Part shown: in pieces, positions 1-9,280 of the stretch | Layout of the letters: the number at the start of each line of letters is the position of its first letter | Position numbering within the stretch: position 1 is the stretch's first letter | Assembly: GCA_964549615.1 (NCBI GenBank) | Contig: CAZJVP010000020.1 | Coordinates: 128,001 to 192,000 of the forward strand | Origin: an uncultured Thermococci archaeon | GTDB taxonomy: Archaea; CAYQAE01; CAYVLA01 | Direction of reading: 5' to 3' | Length of the DNA: 64,000 bases | The notes under the pieces: model-generated | What the model was told of the DNA's origin: nothing | The model's database searches: none | What the model saw: the letters and a program-made list of their open reading frames with translations, nothing else | Program-made: the position numbers and the translations under genes

Positions 1-2234
1 GGAACCGTCCCGTTCGGGGCCAGGCTTGACCGAAAGATCCGGCTGAACTCTTCGTCGTAGAGGTCAAGAGGGTCCGCGATGCGCCCATCGTCCGCCGCGT
101 CCTGCATGAGGGAGAGAATTGATGATACGGCCGGCCGCATCCCGGCCGGGGTCGGAACCATCGAGATGTGCGCATCATCCATCATGTTGAGCGTGGTGGC
201 CTGTATGGCTTGGAGCACCTCGGGGTCTGAGAGATTTCCCCTCACATAGATCTCCGAGCTAGCCGTCGTCACGTTGAAGTTCTCGAGGATGTAGCGGAGA
301 TCTTGGGAGTATTTCAGATTGCGTGGCAGGAAATCCTGAAGTTCGAACCTGGTCTCAAGCCGCGTCGCGGCCACGAGGGCCACCGCGGTGACAAGGATGG
401 TAGCCCCGATCACAAGCCTTCGCCGGCGCTCGGCGGCCGAAGCCCCGAGCGTCAAGATCGCGCCTGCCGCCAGGGAATGGCTTGACCTTCCTCTGGGGCG
501 AGCATCCTCCCCGCCACCAGAGCGCCTGTCCAGGAGCTGCCTGCATGAGGGAACCCAGGCCAACATCACCACGAACGCCGAGCATATCCCAAGGCTGCAA
601 AGGATGCCGAACTCCCTGATCACGGAAAGCTCGGACGTCACATTCGAAATGAAAGCGACCACGGTGGTGATGGTCGCAAGCAGAAGCGCCGATCCAACCC
701 AGGCGACGGAGGCGTGGGAGGATTCAGCTGGGGAGGATCCCCTTACCCTCTCCTCCTTGTAGCGGAGGGTGAGATGTATCCCGTAGTCTATCCCCATGCC
801 AACTATCAGCACGGGCACCGCCAGCGTGAGGGGGTTGAACACGAATCCAAGCGTGGTGCCCAGGCCGTACGTCCACACAACGGAGAACCCAAGGGCAGAC
901 AGACTCAGAAGCACGTCCCACAAGCTTCGATACACGATGACCAGCACGACGACGATGAGCGCGAAGGCGCAGGGAAGCAGAATGGCCATCGATCTTCGGG
1001 TCGCGCTCAGAATCTGTTCCGATGTTAGATCGCCGGAGGCGACGCCCATAATCGTCGATCTGAGGTCCTGTTCCAGGATCGTTTTCTCCATAGCCCGCGC
1101 TGCGAGAAGAAGGGCATCGCCATTGGCATTTCCTTGTCTTGCCAACGTCGCGTTGAAACCAGCAAGGATGATCGTTCCCTGTGCCTCCAGTATCCCTTCA
1201 TCGGGCGAGAAATCCTTGGTCACGCTGGCGATGATCCCGGCCCTGGTCTGCTGCACGGCCGAGTCGAGCCTGGCAACCGTCGTGCGTATGTCCAGTTGTT
1301 GGACCATCTCCGCTGCCGAGGATATGGCATTCGACATCAAGGGGATCATGAGTTTGAGCGTTGCCACTGCAGCCAGGGCCCTTGAGTCGCCCATCACGGC
1401 CGGATCGGAGGCCGCGCGGGCCACCACCGCGTCCAGGCCACTGAGTTCCTCCGAGACTGCGCTGGCCGCGGACGCGGCCGCCTGAGCCGAAAGGACCATC
1501 GAGCCCGTCGCCGACCCATCGTAGGCCAGAACCTCGGATAAGAGACTCCTTACCTCATCCCAGCTCAAGGCCTGGGCCATCCTGATCTTCTCCGTGTAGT
1601 TCAAGGGCGCTGCGGTGCCTGGGGCTCCGCTCGGGGCCTGGAACGATCCCATCTGACCCGCCAGCCTGACTGCTAATTCGAGGATGGTGCGGTTTGCTTC
1701 CAAGACCGCCGGCCCTAACTCGGGGCTTCCCATTGCAGCCTCAATCCCGTTCCTTGAGACGAGTATGGCTTGCCGCAGGGTCCCAAAGGAACCGTTCATC
1801 TGTTCGAAAAGAGGACCGAGCTGTGCGGTCATGTTGCGTATGGTCTGGATCAGGCCCCTTGCCGAGATGATGGTGTCGGCGACGCTGGTCATCCTCATCG
1901 GATGGCCCTCGGGCAGCAGGAGGATCGAAACTTCAGGGTTCTCGGAAATGGCCTCCTCAACCCTCAGGATCTCGACCAAGCTCTCCGGTGCGAGGACGTT
2001 GCCGCCCTTGGCCCTTACCAGCACCTGGACCACCTCCGTGGTCTGGAAGTCTTTTTGGATCATCATTGAGGCGTTGACCAGATCCGAGCTTGGCATGAAC
2101 ATCATCTCGTTGGCCGCCATCTCCGCGCCTTCGAGGAGGTAGATCCCACCGAACAACAAGGTCAGAGCAGCCACGCCGACGACCATGGCAACCGGATGAT
2201 TCGAAACAGCCCCTGCAACTGCGAGTTTTGGCAA
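1..2234 (-). CDS. MMPL/RND-superfamily (patched-like) membrane transporter; C-terminus runs off the left window edge
   Basis: Absent from the ORF track because there is no stop inside the window. Manual minus-strand translation: TTG at 2234 preceded by GGAGG, N-terminal TM (VAMVVGVAALTLLFGGIYL), large soluble loop, then a TM bundle with FNPLTLAVPVLIVGMGIDYGIHLTLRYKEE and ALLLATITTVVAFISN, the classic MMPL GIDY motif. In-frame GTG at 2249 is an alternative start. Confidence 0.88.
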   Translation of the reverse strand, partial: MPKLAVAGAVSNHPVAMVVGVAALTLLFGGIYLLEGAEMAANEMMFMPSSDLVNASMMIQKDFQTTEVVQVLVRAKGGNVLAPESLVEILRVEEAISENPEVSILLLPEGHPMRMTSVADTIISARGLIQTIRNMTAQLGPLFEQMNGSFGTLRQAILVSRNGIEAAMGSPELGPAVLEANRTILELAVRLAGQMGSFQAPSGAPGTAAPLNYTEKIRMAQALSWDEVRSLLSEVLAYDGSATGSMVLSAQAAASAASAVSEELSGLDAVVARAASDPAVMGDSRALAAVATLKLMIPLMSNAISSAAEMVQQLDIRTTVARLDSAVQQTRAGIIASVTKDFSPDEGILEAQGTIILAGFNATLARQGNANGDALLLAARAMEKTILEQDLRSTIMGVASGDLTSEQILSATRRSMAILLPCAFALIVVVLVIVYRSLWDVLLSLSALGFSVVWTYGLGTTLGFVFNPLTLAVPVLIVGMGIDYGIHLTLRYKEERVRGSSPAESSHASVAWVGSALLLATITTVVAFISNVTSELSVIREFGILCSLGICSAFVVMLAWVPSCRQLLDRRSGGGEDARPRGRSSHSLAAGAILTLGASAAERRRRLVIGATILVTAVALVAATRLETRFELQDFLPRNLKYSQDLRYILENFNVTTASSEIYVRGNLSDPEVLQAIQATTLNMMDDAHISMVPTPAGMRPAVSSILSLMQDAADDGRIADPLDLYDEEFSRIFRSSLAPNGTV

Positions 2235-2289
2235 CTGGTACTCCTCCACATCATTTGACGGATCGTAACCAAAGAAGCCGGTCCCAACG

Positions 2290-2805
2290 CTATGTCGCTT
2301 CCCGGGAGCCCTCGGGTCGGCCTCTTGAGCCCATGCCCTGCTCCAACCTGGCCTTGGTCCTGGCAAGGACGCGGATGAGCGCATCGAGGGCATCCACGAG
2401 CGACCGGAGCCTCTTCTCCCGGTCCGGCGGCGAAAGCTCATCCAAGAGTCTCAGGTGGGTCCGAATCCATTCACCGTCGTCCCTGTTCATTGCATCCACG
2501 AGGTGGTTCACTACGTCCTCCGCCTCCCCGAATAGGCGAAGGAGCTCAGACTGGCCCTTCGCAGTTATCGCATAGACCCTTCTTCTTGCCTCGCCCCTGG
2601 CCGGCTGAACAAGCCCCTCCCTCACCATATCGTGCAAAAGAGGATAGATATTGCCAGCTTTCGGGGCCCAGAAACCGTTGCTCTTCGCGGCTATCTGCCT
2701 TATTATTGCGTACCCGTGAAGGGGTCCCTTGTACAGGTTGGCCAGGATGAACAGCCTAAGGAATCCCTTCTTCATCTGGGAAGCCGACTGGGCCTGCTTC
2801 CGCAT
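2290..2805 (-). CDS. PadR-family transcriptional regulator
   Basis: LRLFILANLYKGPLHGYAI...GNIYPLL...RRVYAITAKG is the PadR wHTH signature; directly upstream of the MMPL gene on the same strand. Confidence 0.93.
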   Translation of the reverse strand: MRKQAQSASQMKKGFLRLFILANLYKGPLHGYAIIRQIAAKSNGFWAPKAGNIYPLLHDMVREGLVQPARGEARRRVYAITAKGQSELLRLFGEAEDVVNHLVDAMNRDDGEWIRTHLRLLDELSPPDREKRLRSLVDALDALIRVLARTKARLEQGMGSRGRPEGSREAT

Positions 2806-2823
2806 GGAGATCCGCCCGCGTAC

Positions 2824-2853
2824 ATATGCCGGGGATATATATGTTCCCTATAT
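2824..2853. promoter_or_regulatory. Tandem ATAT-N7-ATAT palindromes over the TATA region of padR; candidate PadR operator
   Basis: ATAT-GCCGGGG-ATAT (2824-2838) abuts ATAT-GTTCCCT-ATAT (2839-2853), about 20-50 bp upstream of the padR start, in otherwise GC-rich DNA. Confidence 0.6.
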
Positions 2854-2880
2854 ACCGCCCCCTTGACTCTGTGGGCCTCA

Positions 2881-3246
2881 CTACGATCTGGCGTGAACAA
2901 GAACTACGCCCAGTACGATCAGGCACAGGCCGCCCGCTCTCAACGTCGTGAGCGGCTCGCTCAAGAGAAGCCTCGCCAGAACCGCCGTCACCAAGTAGCT
3001 CAGAGAGAGCAGCGCCACAACTCTGACCAGATCCGCATAAGAGATCGCGGCGATATAGAAGACCCCGGATGCCACCGTCAGCAGGGCCCCCGCAATCACC
3101 CACCTCGATGTTAGGAGCCCTCTGATAAAGGCCAGTGAGCCCATCGTTCCAACATCGACATCACCGAACCGACCGATGCCAAGTTTGAAGCAGATGTTCG
3201 AGAAGCCGAAGAGGACCGCCGATGCCGATGCTAGGACGATGGCCAT
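2881..3246 (-). CDS. Small EamA/DMT-superfamily 4-TM transporter
   Basis: Four hydrophobic helices, LSLSYLVTAVLARLLLSEPLT...GLCLIVLGVVLV DMT pattern. Start trimmed from the ORF track (ATG 3246 or TTG 3258). Confidence 0.8.
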   Translation of the reverse strand: MAIVLASASAVLFGFSNICFKLGIGRFGDVDVGTMGSLAFIRGLLTSRWVIAGALLTVASGVFYIAAISYADLVRVVALLSLSYLVTAVLARLLLSEPLTTLRAGGLCLIVLGVVLVHARS

Positions 3247-3357
3247 GCCGACTCTCAACCGATCACAGGCCCCGCACCCGCTCGGTTCTCTCATATATTT
3301 ATTGCCCATTCAGCCGCTCGACCATTCAGTCCTCGGACGAACGATATCATTATCTCG

Positions 3358-4212
3358 ATGAATGCGGTGCGTACGACCATGTTTGGCCTGCCCTTCACCA
3401 GGCGGTGCCGGGTCTGCGGCTCCAAGGAGGGCCTTAGGGCGTGCGTGGTCTGCGGCAAGAACGCGTGCCAATTGCACATGGTTGGCGGCAAGTGCCATGC
3501 CTGCATAGAGAAGGAGCCGTTCACGATCCAACAGACAAGTGGCATCAGGCTCGAGCGGGAGGAACAGCGGAAGGCCCGTGCGGACGCTCTAAGGACCGAA
3601 CTTAAAATCAATGCGGACCCCCTGAGGCTTCTGGACGACCTTTACCTTCTCCTAGGGGGCAGGCCGGGAAGCCGGCGGTCGACGACGACTCTGGGATCGC
3701 TTCATCTTGACCAGGTCCGGCACAGCCTGATGTTTGACAGGAATATTGCGAGGAGGATAACCTGCACGTCCTTCGTGCACCTGAAGACAGCCGGCCTAGC
3801 CGAGGTGGAGACCCGGCGCCCCTCGGCCCTGTTCGGGTATCTGGATAAGGGGGCTCTGGCGATGATCGACTCGACGACGCGCCTCGCCCATGACCAACTC
3901 ATCAGGATGATCGACTTGGTATGCCTCAGCCTGTCAGCACAACGCGTCCAGTTGTTGGAGGGAGATGCCTTGCTTCAGGAAGTTAGAATAGGGGATGAGG
4001 TGCCTTGCCCGTATTGTGGAAACTGGCGGGGGGTTTGCCAGTGCCCCCGTAAGATAGAGGGGCTAATCGGTGCCTCTGACTACTTCAAGACCGCCATGGA
4101 CTCAAGCCTAAGGCAGAGAAGCGTTGCCCTCGAGATGCGTGGAGACCCGAAGAACGTTGAGCTTCGGGATCGTGTCGAGCGGTGGCGGCGGGCGCTGCAG
4201 TTCTATTACTGA
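3358..4212 (+). CDS. Hypothetical protein with N-terminal and internal Cys-rich Zn-finger motifs
   Basis: CRVC...CVVCGKNACQLH...CHAC near the N-terminus and CPYC..CQC near residue 215; fills the gap between neighbours. Confidence 0.65.
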   Translation: MNAVRTTMFGLPFTRRCRVCGSKEGLRACVVCGKNACQLHMVGGKCHACIEKEPFTIQQTSGIRLEREEQRKARADALRTELKINADPLRLLDDLYLLLGGRPGSRRSTTTLGSLHLDQVRHSLMFDRNIARRITCTSFVHLKTAGLAEVETRRPSALFGYLDKGALAMIDSTTRLAHDQLIRMIDLVCLSLSAQRVQLLEGDALLQEVRIGDEVPCPYCGNWRGVCQCPRKIEGLIGASDYFKTAMDSSLRQRSVALEMRGDPKNVELRDRVERWRRALQFYY

Positions 4213-4871
4213 TAGGTTCTGAAGCCGAAGGATATGTTCTGGCCGGTGTCGAGGGTCACGGAGATCCTCGTCCACTTGTTGTTCGTCGTCCCGACGGCGA
4301 AGCTTGAGATGACGTCCTTCTTTTCACCCGACGCCACGTGGACCTGTCCTTGATCCATGGCCTTTCCGGCCAGATAGGTCTTGTAATAGTATGTGTGATC
4401 CCTGCCCATCCTGTTCTCGATCGTGAACCTCAGGCGAACGCTGGTGAACTCCATCACCTCGCGCGGATACTCATAAAAGAGGCACTCTTTCGAGGTCGCG
4501 TCGGCAAAGACGAGGTATGTCTCGCCCAGCTTGAGGGTCTGGTATATGTTGAACCTTGACTCCTCGCCATCAAGGTCCAACACGAGGACCTCCTGACTGC
4601 CGTCGGGATCGAGAACCCAGAACTCGTGACCGAAAAGCTTCCCTGCCACCACGATTCCCGAGAAGTTGAAATCCCGCGGGCCCTGGTAGGGCTGAAGGGG
4701 GACCTTGTGGGTCACGAAATACAGCTCCGTGAACCTGTCAACACTCACCGGTTCTGAGAGGAAGACGGCTCCCAGAACGAACCCCACGAGGCATGCCCCA
4801 ACGAGTATGACCATGACCAAGTCATCGGTGTTCCGGTCAGACCCGTCCACGGAATCCCGCCCATCGAACAA
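4206..4871 (-). CDS. Membrane-anchored protein, DUF1616-like
   Basis: N-terminal TM followed by DRFTELYF and a beta-rich C-terminal part (FTIENRMGRDHTY), as in archaeal DUF1616 proteins. Confidence 0.55.
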   Translation of the reverse strand: MFDGRDSVDGSDRNTDDLVMVILVGACLVGFVLGAVFLSEPVSVDRFTELYFVTHKVPLQPYQGPRDFNFSGIVVAGKLFGHEFWVLDPDGSQEVLVLDLDGEESRFNIYQTLKLGETYLVFADATSKECLFYEYPREVMEFTSVRLRFTIENRMGRDHTYYYKTYLAGKAMDQGQVHVASGEKKDVISSFAVGTTNNKWTRISVTLDTGQNISFGFRTYQ

Positions 4872-4902
4872 CCTTTAAATCTTTGCCCGCCGATCCTCAA
4901 CC

Positions 4903-5526
4903 GTGGCCCTCCTGTCCCTTCCCTCGATCGAGGAGATCAGGAAGCTTCGCAGGAAGCTGGGGCTCACGCAAGCAGAACTCGCCAAGCTGGCGCAAGTTAG
5001 CCAGTCGCTCGTTTCGCAGATAGAGTCGGGCGAGGTCGATCCAAGGCTATCCACGCTAAGACGGATAGTCGATGCCCTAAACCGGGAGGAGACGGGACGG
5101 GAGGTATTCGCCGAGGACCTGCTCGTGAGGGACGTGGTATCCGTCTCCCCGGACGACCTGGTAACGACGGCGGCAAGCATCATGTGGGCGAAGAAGATAT
5201 CCCAGTTGCCGGTGTTGGAGGACGGGAAGAACCTCGGAAGCATTTCGGAGAAGACCATCACTGCCGAGATCGCGAAGGGCGGCACCAAGGACCTAGCTAG
5301 GCGAACCGTGAGGGAGGTCATGTCAGAACCCTTCCCCATGGTCGGCATGAGGTCAAGAATGGAGGTCGTCCTCTCGCTGCTCCAAGAAAGCCCAGCAGTG
5401 CTCGTGCTCGATGGCGGCAAGGTCAGCGGGATCATAACAAAGGCCGATGTTCTGCCGCGCGTGCGGAGCGTGCTCGCGCAGGGCGAAGAGGTTCAGGCGC
5501 GTCCGGCTACCAACAGCTCCAAGTAG
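4903..5526 (+). CDS. XRE-HTH plus CBS-pair transcriptional regulator (COG3620-like)
   Basis: IRKLRRKLGLTQAELAKLAQVSQSLVSQIESGEVDPRLST, then two CBS repeats (ISQLPVLE, GIITKADVL). Confidence 0.93.
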   Translation: MALLSLPSIEEIRKLRRKLGLTQAELAKLAQVSQSLVSQIESGEVDPRLSTLRRIVDALNREETGREVFAEDLLVRDVVSVSPDDLVTTAASIMWAKKISQLPVLEDGKNLGSISEKTITAEIAKGGTKDLARRTVREVMSEPFPMVGMRSRMEVVLSLLQESPAVLVLDGGKVSGIITKADVLPRVRSVLAQGEEVQARPATNSSK

Positions 5527-6014
5527 GACCTCCTCTCGGTCTTCAGTCCCAGCTGCGCCATGATCCCCAGAAGCACGGGAAGCCTTTCCCTATCATGTGA
5601 TGCGGACTCCAGCTCAACGAATCTTCCCAACCCATCGACGTCGTCCAGGTAGAGCAGGGTATCCCCTTTCCTGAACCCCCTTCGCGCCTTGACGACCCGG
5701 GCCGCCTGGGAGAAGCCGAGCTTCTCCAGGATCGATGCGATCTCGGGGGACGTTGGTATCTCGATCTCCTCCCTGGTCTTGGAAACCGCGTCGAGCTTGG
5801 GTCCCTTGTAGGACAGAAACCATCTGCCCGGCTTTGGACCGATCCGGCGCAGCCTTAGAGCCTCGTCCGTCTTGGAGAATTCCCGGCACGGATGCGAGAA
5901 GTAGAGATCCTCTTGGACGACCTTGGGCAGCACCTTCCAGCCCCGCACAAAGCCCTCGATCCTGCGGAGTTCATCCGGGCAGGATACCCTTGCCTTCACC
6001 TCGACCTCGATCAT
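5493..6014 (-). CDS. cyaB: CYTH-domain protein (class IV adenylate cyclase-like)
   Basis: MIEVEVK (ExExK), QEDLYF, ALRLR, YKGPK, SKTREEIE, LDDVDGLGRFVELE, RRSYLELL; start reassigned to ATG 6014. Confidence 0.92.
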   Translation of the reverse strand: MIEVEVKARVSCPDELRRIEGFVRGWKVLPKVVQEDLYFSHPCREFSKTDEALRLRRIGPKPGRWFLSYKGPKLDAVSKTREEIEIPTSPEIASILEKLGFSQAARVVKARRGFRKGDTLLYLDDVDGLGRFVELESASHDRERLPVLLGIMAQLGLKTERRSYLELLVAGRA

Positions 6015-6077
6015 CCCGGCTGGCCGTTGATGCGGGCAGCTGAAAAATCTATTAGCCGTCGGTGCCAAGCTGGAACC

Positions 6078-6356
6078 GTGAAGGTGAAGATCTCCTACTT
6101 CGGCCACCTGCGCGAGAAGGCGCGGGTGAAGTCGGAGACGGTTGAGGTTGAGTCCTCCCTTAGCCTTGGAGACCTCTTGGAGCCAGTCTTGAGGAGGAGG
6201 AACATCCTAGAGGAGGTCTTCGGCACCGAGGATGAGCCCCAGATGCCGGTCAACATCCTGGTCAATGGGAGGAACATGAAGTTCCTTGACGGTATGGACA
6301 CAGCTCTAAGCGAGGGAGACGAGGTGAGCATCTTCCCGCCGACGGGCGGGGGTTAG
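6078..6356 (+). CDS. MoaD/ThiS-family ubiquitin-like small archaeal modifier protein (SAMP1-like)
   Basis: GTG start at 6078; KVKISYFGHLRE, ILVNGRN, LSEGDEVSIFPPTGGG with a C-terminal diglycine. Confidence 0.92.
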   Translation: MKVKISYFGHLREKARVKSETVEVESSLSLGDLLEPVLRRRNILEEVFGTEDEPQMPVNILVNGRNMKFLDGMDTALSEGDEVSIFPPTGGG

Positions 6357-6376
6357 CACCCACGGTAACGGGCTGG

Positions 6377-6688
6377 CTATCCCTTATAGACGAAGACGTT
6401 GTACATCAGGACGTAGATCACGAACCAGGTTAGCAGGTAGATGTAGAGCCCCTTGGTTAGGACCTTCAGCCTTCCGCCGGCCTCCTGTATGTTGGTCCCA
6501 AACCACTCCACGATGTATGTGCCCATGTAGCCGACTGCGAACACCAAAAACAATATGAGCGCGATAAGCAGCGGTGTCTTCGCTGCGCTCGTGTTGTTCC
6601 TCATTGCGATGTCGACGGAAGTGGTGACAGAGGCAGCGATGATTCCCACAAGGGCAAACGCCAGATACCTTCGAACTTCCTGATCCAT
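6377..6688 (-). CDS. Small 3-TM membrane protein, possibly archaeal EMC6-like
   Basis: Three hydrophobic segments; C-terminal GLYIYLLTWFVIYVLMYNV resembles the EMC6-like G..Y...W...(W/Y)...YN tail. Confidence 0.6.
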   Translation of the reverse strand: MDQEVRRYLAFALVGIIAASVTTSVDIAMRNNTSAAKTPLLIALILFLVFAVGYMGTYIVEWFGTNIQEAGGRLKVLTKGLYIYLLTWFVIYVLMYNVFVYKG

Positions 6689-6716
6689 GATCAGCTAACT
6701 CCCGGGTCGATCGGAT

Positions 6717-8621
6717 TTGCGCCAGATGCACGCGGTTGATATAAATTGTATCGTCAGGGAACTCCAATCGATCATCGGTTCGAGGGTTGACAAGGTCTTC
6801 CAGGACAACCCAAGACAGATCAGGATTCGGTTCTACGGCGGGCCGTCTGGGCGAGCGGAGCTCCTGATCGAGGCGGGAAGAAGAATTCACCTGACGGAGT
6901 ACAGGAGGAAGAGCCCCAAGCTCCCGACGAGTTTCGCAATGTTCCTTAGGAAGCATTTGTCCAACCGAGTTTTGTCCGCCGTATCGCAGCACGATTTCGA
7001 TAGGATAGTGTTGCTCGAGTTCGGCGACATCACCTTGGTTGCGGAGATATTCTCCCAGGGAAACATCGTCCTCCTTGACCGCGACTCCCAGGTCATGCTT
7101 TCCCTCAAGAAAGGACCCGAGGATCGGGTATCCAAGGGCAAGCAGTATGCCTTTCCCAAGCCCCCCGTTTCCCCGTTCGAGATCGCGGACGTGAACGCCC
7201 TTCGCGCAAGCCTTCAACGCGCCGACCTGGTTCGATCGCTGGCCGTGGATCTTGGACTGGGCAAACTCTATGCAGAGGAACTCTGCGCAACCACGGGGTT
7301 GGACAAGGGGACGAAGCCGTCGGAGCTCACTGATCAGGAAGCGCTTGCCATAATCGACTGGATCAAGAAGCTGGAGAGATCCGTATCCGATCCCAAGGAA
7401 CCGGTCATCTATGGGCAAGCGGGGCCGGAGGAGTTCTCGCCCTTCCCACTCGAATCAAGAAAAGACGAGAACCCCACCATTGCAAGGAGCTTCAACGAAG
7501 CCGCGGATCGCTGCTACGCTCATGGCGAGGTGAAGGAGGCGGAGCAGGAGGCGGCCTTGCGAAGAGAGGATGCTTCTCGCAAGCTTGTGGAGAGGCTCCA
7601 GATCCAGCAGACCCAGCTGGAACAGCTTCGATCCAAGGCAAGACAACTGAGGGAGCTCGGCGACCTCGTGTACTCCAACTTCCAGGTCCTGTCGGAATTG
7701 GTGGAGGAGCTTCGCCGCCAGCCCAAAGTATCTAGGCAGAGCATCCTTGAGCCCCTAGCCAAGAAAGGTTTGCGCGACGGTCTCGTCGCTTACGACCCAG
7801 CCACCAGGACCATCACCCTTAGGATCAACGGCGTTGATGTCCCATTGAACCTTCGCCTCACTCTCGGAGAGAACGCGGCCGCATTCTACGACAAGGCGAA
7901 GGACCTAGAGGCGCGCGCGGAGGGAGCGGCACGGGCACTCGCACGCACAAAGATCGAGCTGAGCTCCTCACTTATTAAGGAAGAAGCCCCACCTGCCTTG
8001 GAACTTCGGCCGCAGAAGAAGGAGTGGTACGAGAAGTACAAATGGTTCTTCAGCTCCGACTTGAACCTGATCATAGCTGGGCGCGACGCCCGATCCAACG
8101 AGATCCTAGTGAGGAAGTACCTGGAGGACCAAGACATCTACGTTCACAGCGATACGCCGGGAGCCCCGTCGACGATTGTCAAGCCACATGACGGTCGGAT
8201 CGGGCCCCAAGCTATCCGGGAGGCATGCATCTTCGCATTGATCCACTCGAAGACATGGAAGGCAGGGACCACGTCCGGCGACGTGTACTGGGTGAGAGGC
8301 GACCAGGTTACCAAGAGGCCGACCCCTGGGGAGTATGTCGCCCGAGGCTCCTTCGTCATACGGGGCAAGAGGAACTATCTCAGGGGGCTTGAGGCAAGGT
8401 GCGGCATCGGATGGTTTGGGAATCGATTCATGTGTGGGCCCCTTGAAGCTGTGGCCCATCGATGTTCCCCCGTCCTGGAGATTGCTCCGGGCGAGCAGAA
8501 GAAGAGCGACGTTGCGAAGGAAGTTATCAGGCGTCTGGCACCCAGGGATGTGCCTGCGGACCTGGATCAGGTCATTCAGGTCCTTCCCGGCCGCACCCTC
8601 AGGATCATCGATCGGGCTTAG
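6717..8621 (+). CDS. rqcH: Ribosome quality-control protein RqcH/Rqc2 (NEMF/NFACT family)
   Basis: FAMFLRKHL, QHDFDRIV, AEIFSQGNIVL (NFACT-N); coiled coils; WYEKYKWFFSS, GRDARSNE, GEYVARGSFVIRGKRNY (NFACT-R). Confidence 0.95.
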   Translation: MRQMHAVDINCIVRELQSIIGSRVDKVFQDNPRQIRIRFYGGPSGRAELLIEAGRRIHLTEYRRKSPKLPTSFAMFLRKHLSNRVLSAVSQHDFDRIVLLEFGDITLVAEIFSQGNIVLLDRDSQVMLSLKKGPEDRVSKGKQYAFPKPPVSPFEIADVNALRASLQRADLVRSLAVDLGLGKLYAEELCATTGLDKGTKPSELTDQEALAIIDWIKKLERSVSDPKEPVIYGQAGPEEFSPFPLESRKDENPTIARSFNEAADRCYAHGEVKEAEQEAALRREDASRKLVERLQIQQTQLEQLRSKARQLRELGDLVYSNFQVLSELVEELRRQPKVSRQSILEPLAKKGLRDGLVAYDPATRTITLRINGVDVPLNLRLTLGENAAAFYDKAKDLEARAEGAARALARTKIELSSSLIKEEAPPALELRPQKKEWYEKYKWFFSSDLNLIIAGRDARSNEILVRKYLEDQDIYVHSDTPGAPSTIVKPHDGRIGPQAIREACIFALIHSKTWKAGTTSGDVYWVRGDQVTKRPTPGEYVARGSFVIRGKRNYLRGLEARCGIGWFGNRFMCGPLEAVAHRCSPVLEIAPGEQKKSDVAKEVIRRLAPRDVPADLDQVIQVLPGRTLRIIDRA

Positions 8622-8737
8622 TCTGCCGGACGATTCCAATCAGAAGCTCGAAATAGACACTTTTATTAGCGAACACGGGCCGCAAAAAACCGTTCACAAT
8701 TGGTCGTTTAAAGAACAGCTGAACAGAGGGCCGGCTG

Positions 8738-9280
8738 ATGTCTGAGATGCCTGTCAGGGAAGCAATGAAGAGCGACCTGGTCACCGTCAACCGTGGCGAG
8801 ACCATGGACAAGGTAGCCCGCCTCATGACGCAGTGGAACGTCGATGTCGTAGTCGTGATCGAGGGCGGCAAGCCCGTGGGCCTCGTAACAGGGAAGGATA
8901 TACTGACCCAGCTGGTCGCCGAGGACAAGAAGCCATCCAAGGTCCGCGTCCAAGACATCATGTCCTCGCCCCTCATCACGGTGTCGGGGGACGAGACGGT
9001 GTCGGACGCCCTGGACAAGATGATGGAGTTCGACGTCAGCCAACTGCCGGTCTTGGACGGCAACGATCTCATCGGCATAATCTCCAAGGAGGATATCTCG
9101 ACCGCAAAGGAGAAGAGCTATCGGCTGTACGAGCCGGTCGAGGAATACAGATCCGAGGAGGACTACCCGGGCCCGGCGATCTGCGAGATATGCGGCCAAC
9201 ACAACGTCCACCTGCGCGAGGTGAACGGTCGCTACGTCTGCGACGACTGCGCCAACATCGCGGAAACCGACAACTTCTAG
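8738..9280 (+). CDS. CBS-pair protein with C-terminal Zn ribbon
   Basis: Two CBS repeats followed by CEICG...YVCDDC. Confidence 0.9.
   Translation: MSEMPVREAMKSDLVTVNRGETMDKVARLMTQWNVDVVVVIEGGKPVGLVTGKDILTQLVAEDKKPSKVRVQDIMSSPLITVSGDETVSDALDKMMEFDVSQLPVLDGNDLIGIISKEDISTAKEKSYRLYEPVEEYRSEEDYPGPAICEICGQHNVHLREVNGRYVCDDCANIAETDNF

Noticed and set aside
303-2142. Several plus-strand ORFs in the track
   Set aside because: They are antisense to the MMPL gene, which the track missed because it runs off the window.
5493-6014. CYTH protein as the cyclase supplying the CARF-like regulator
   Set aside because: It lies 37 kb away, is widespread in archaea, and many CYTH proteins are triphosphatases; no linking evidence.
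6384-7418. 344-aa minus-strand ORF
   Set aside because: Antisense shadow of rqcH arising from GC-rich codon bias; no motifs.
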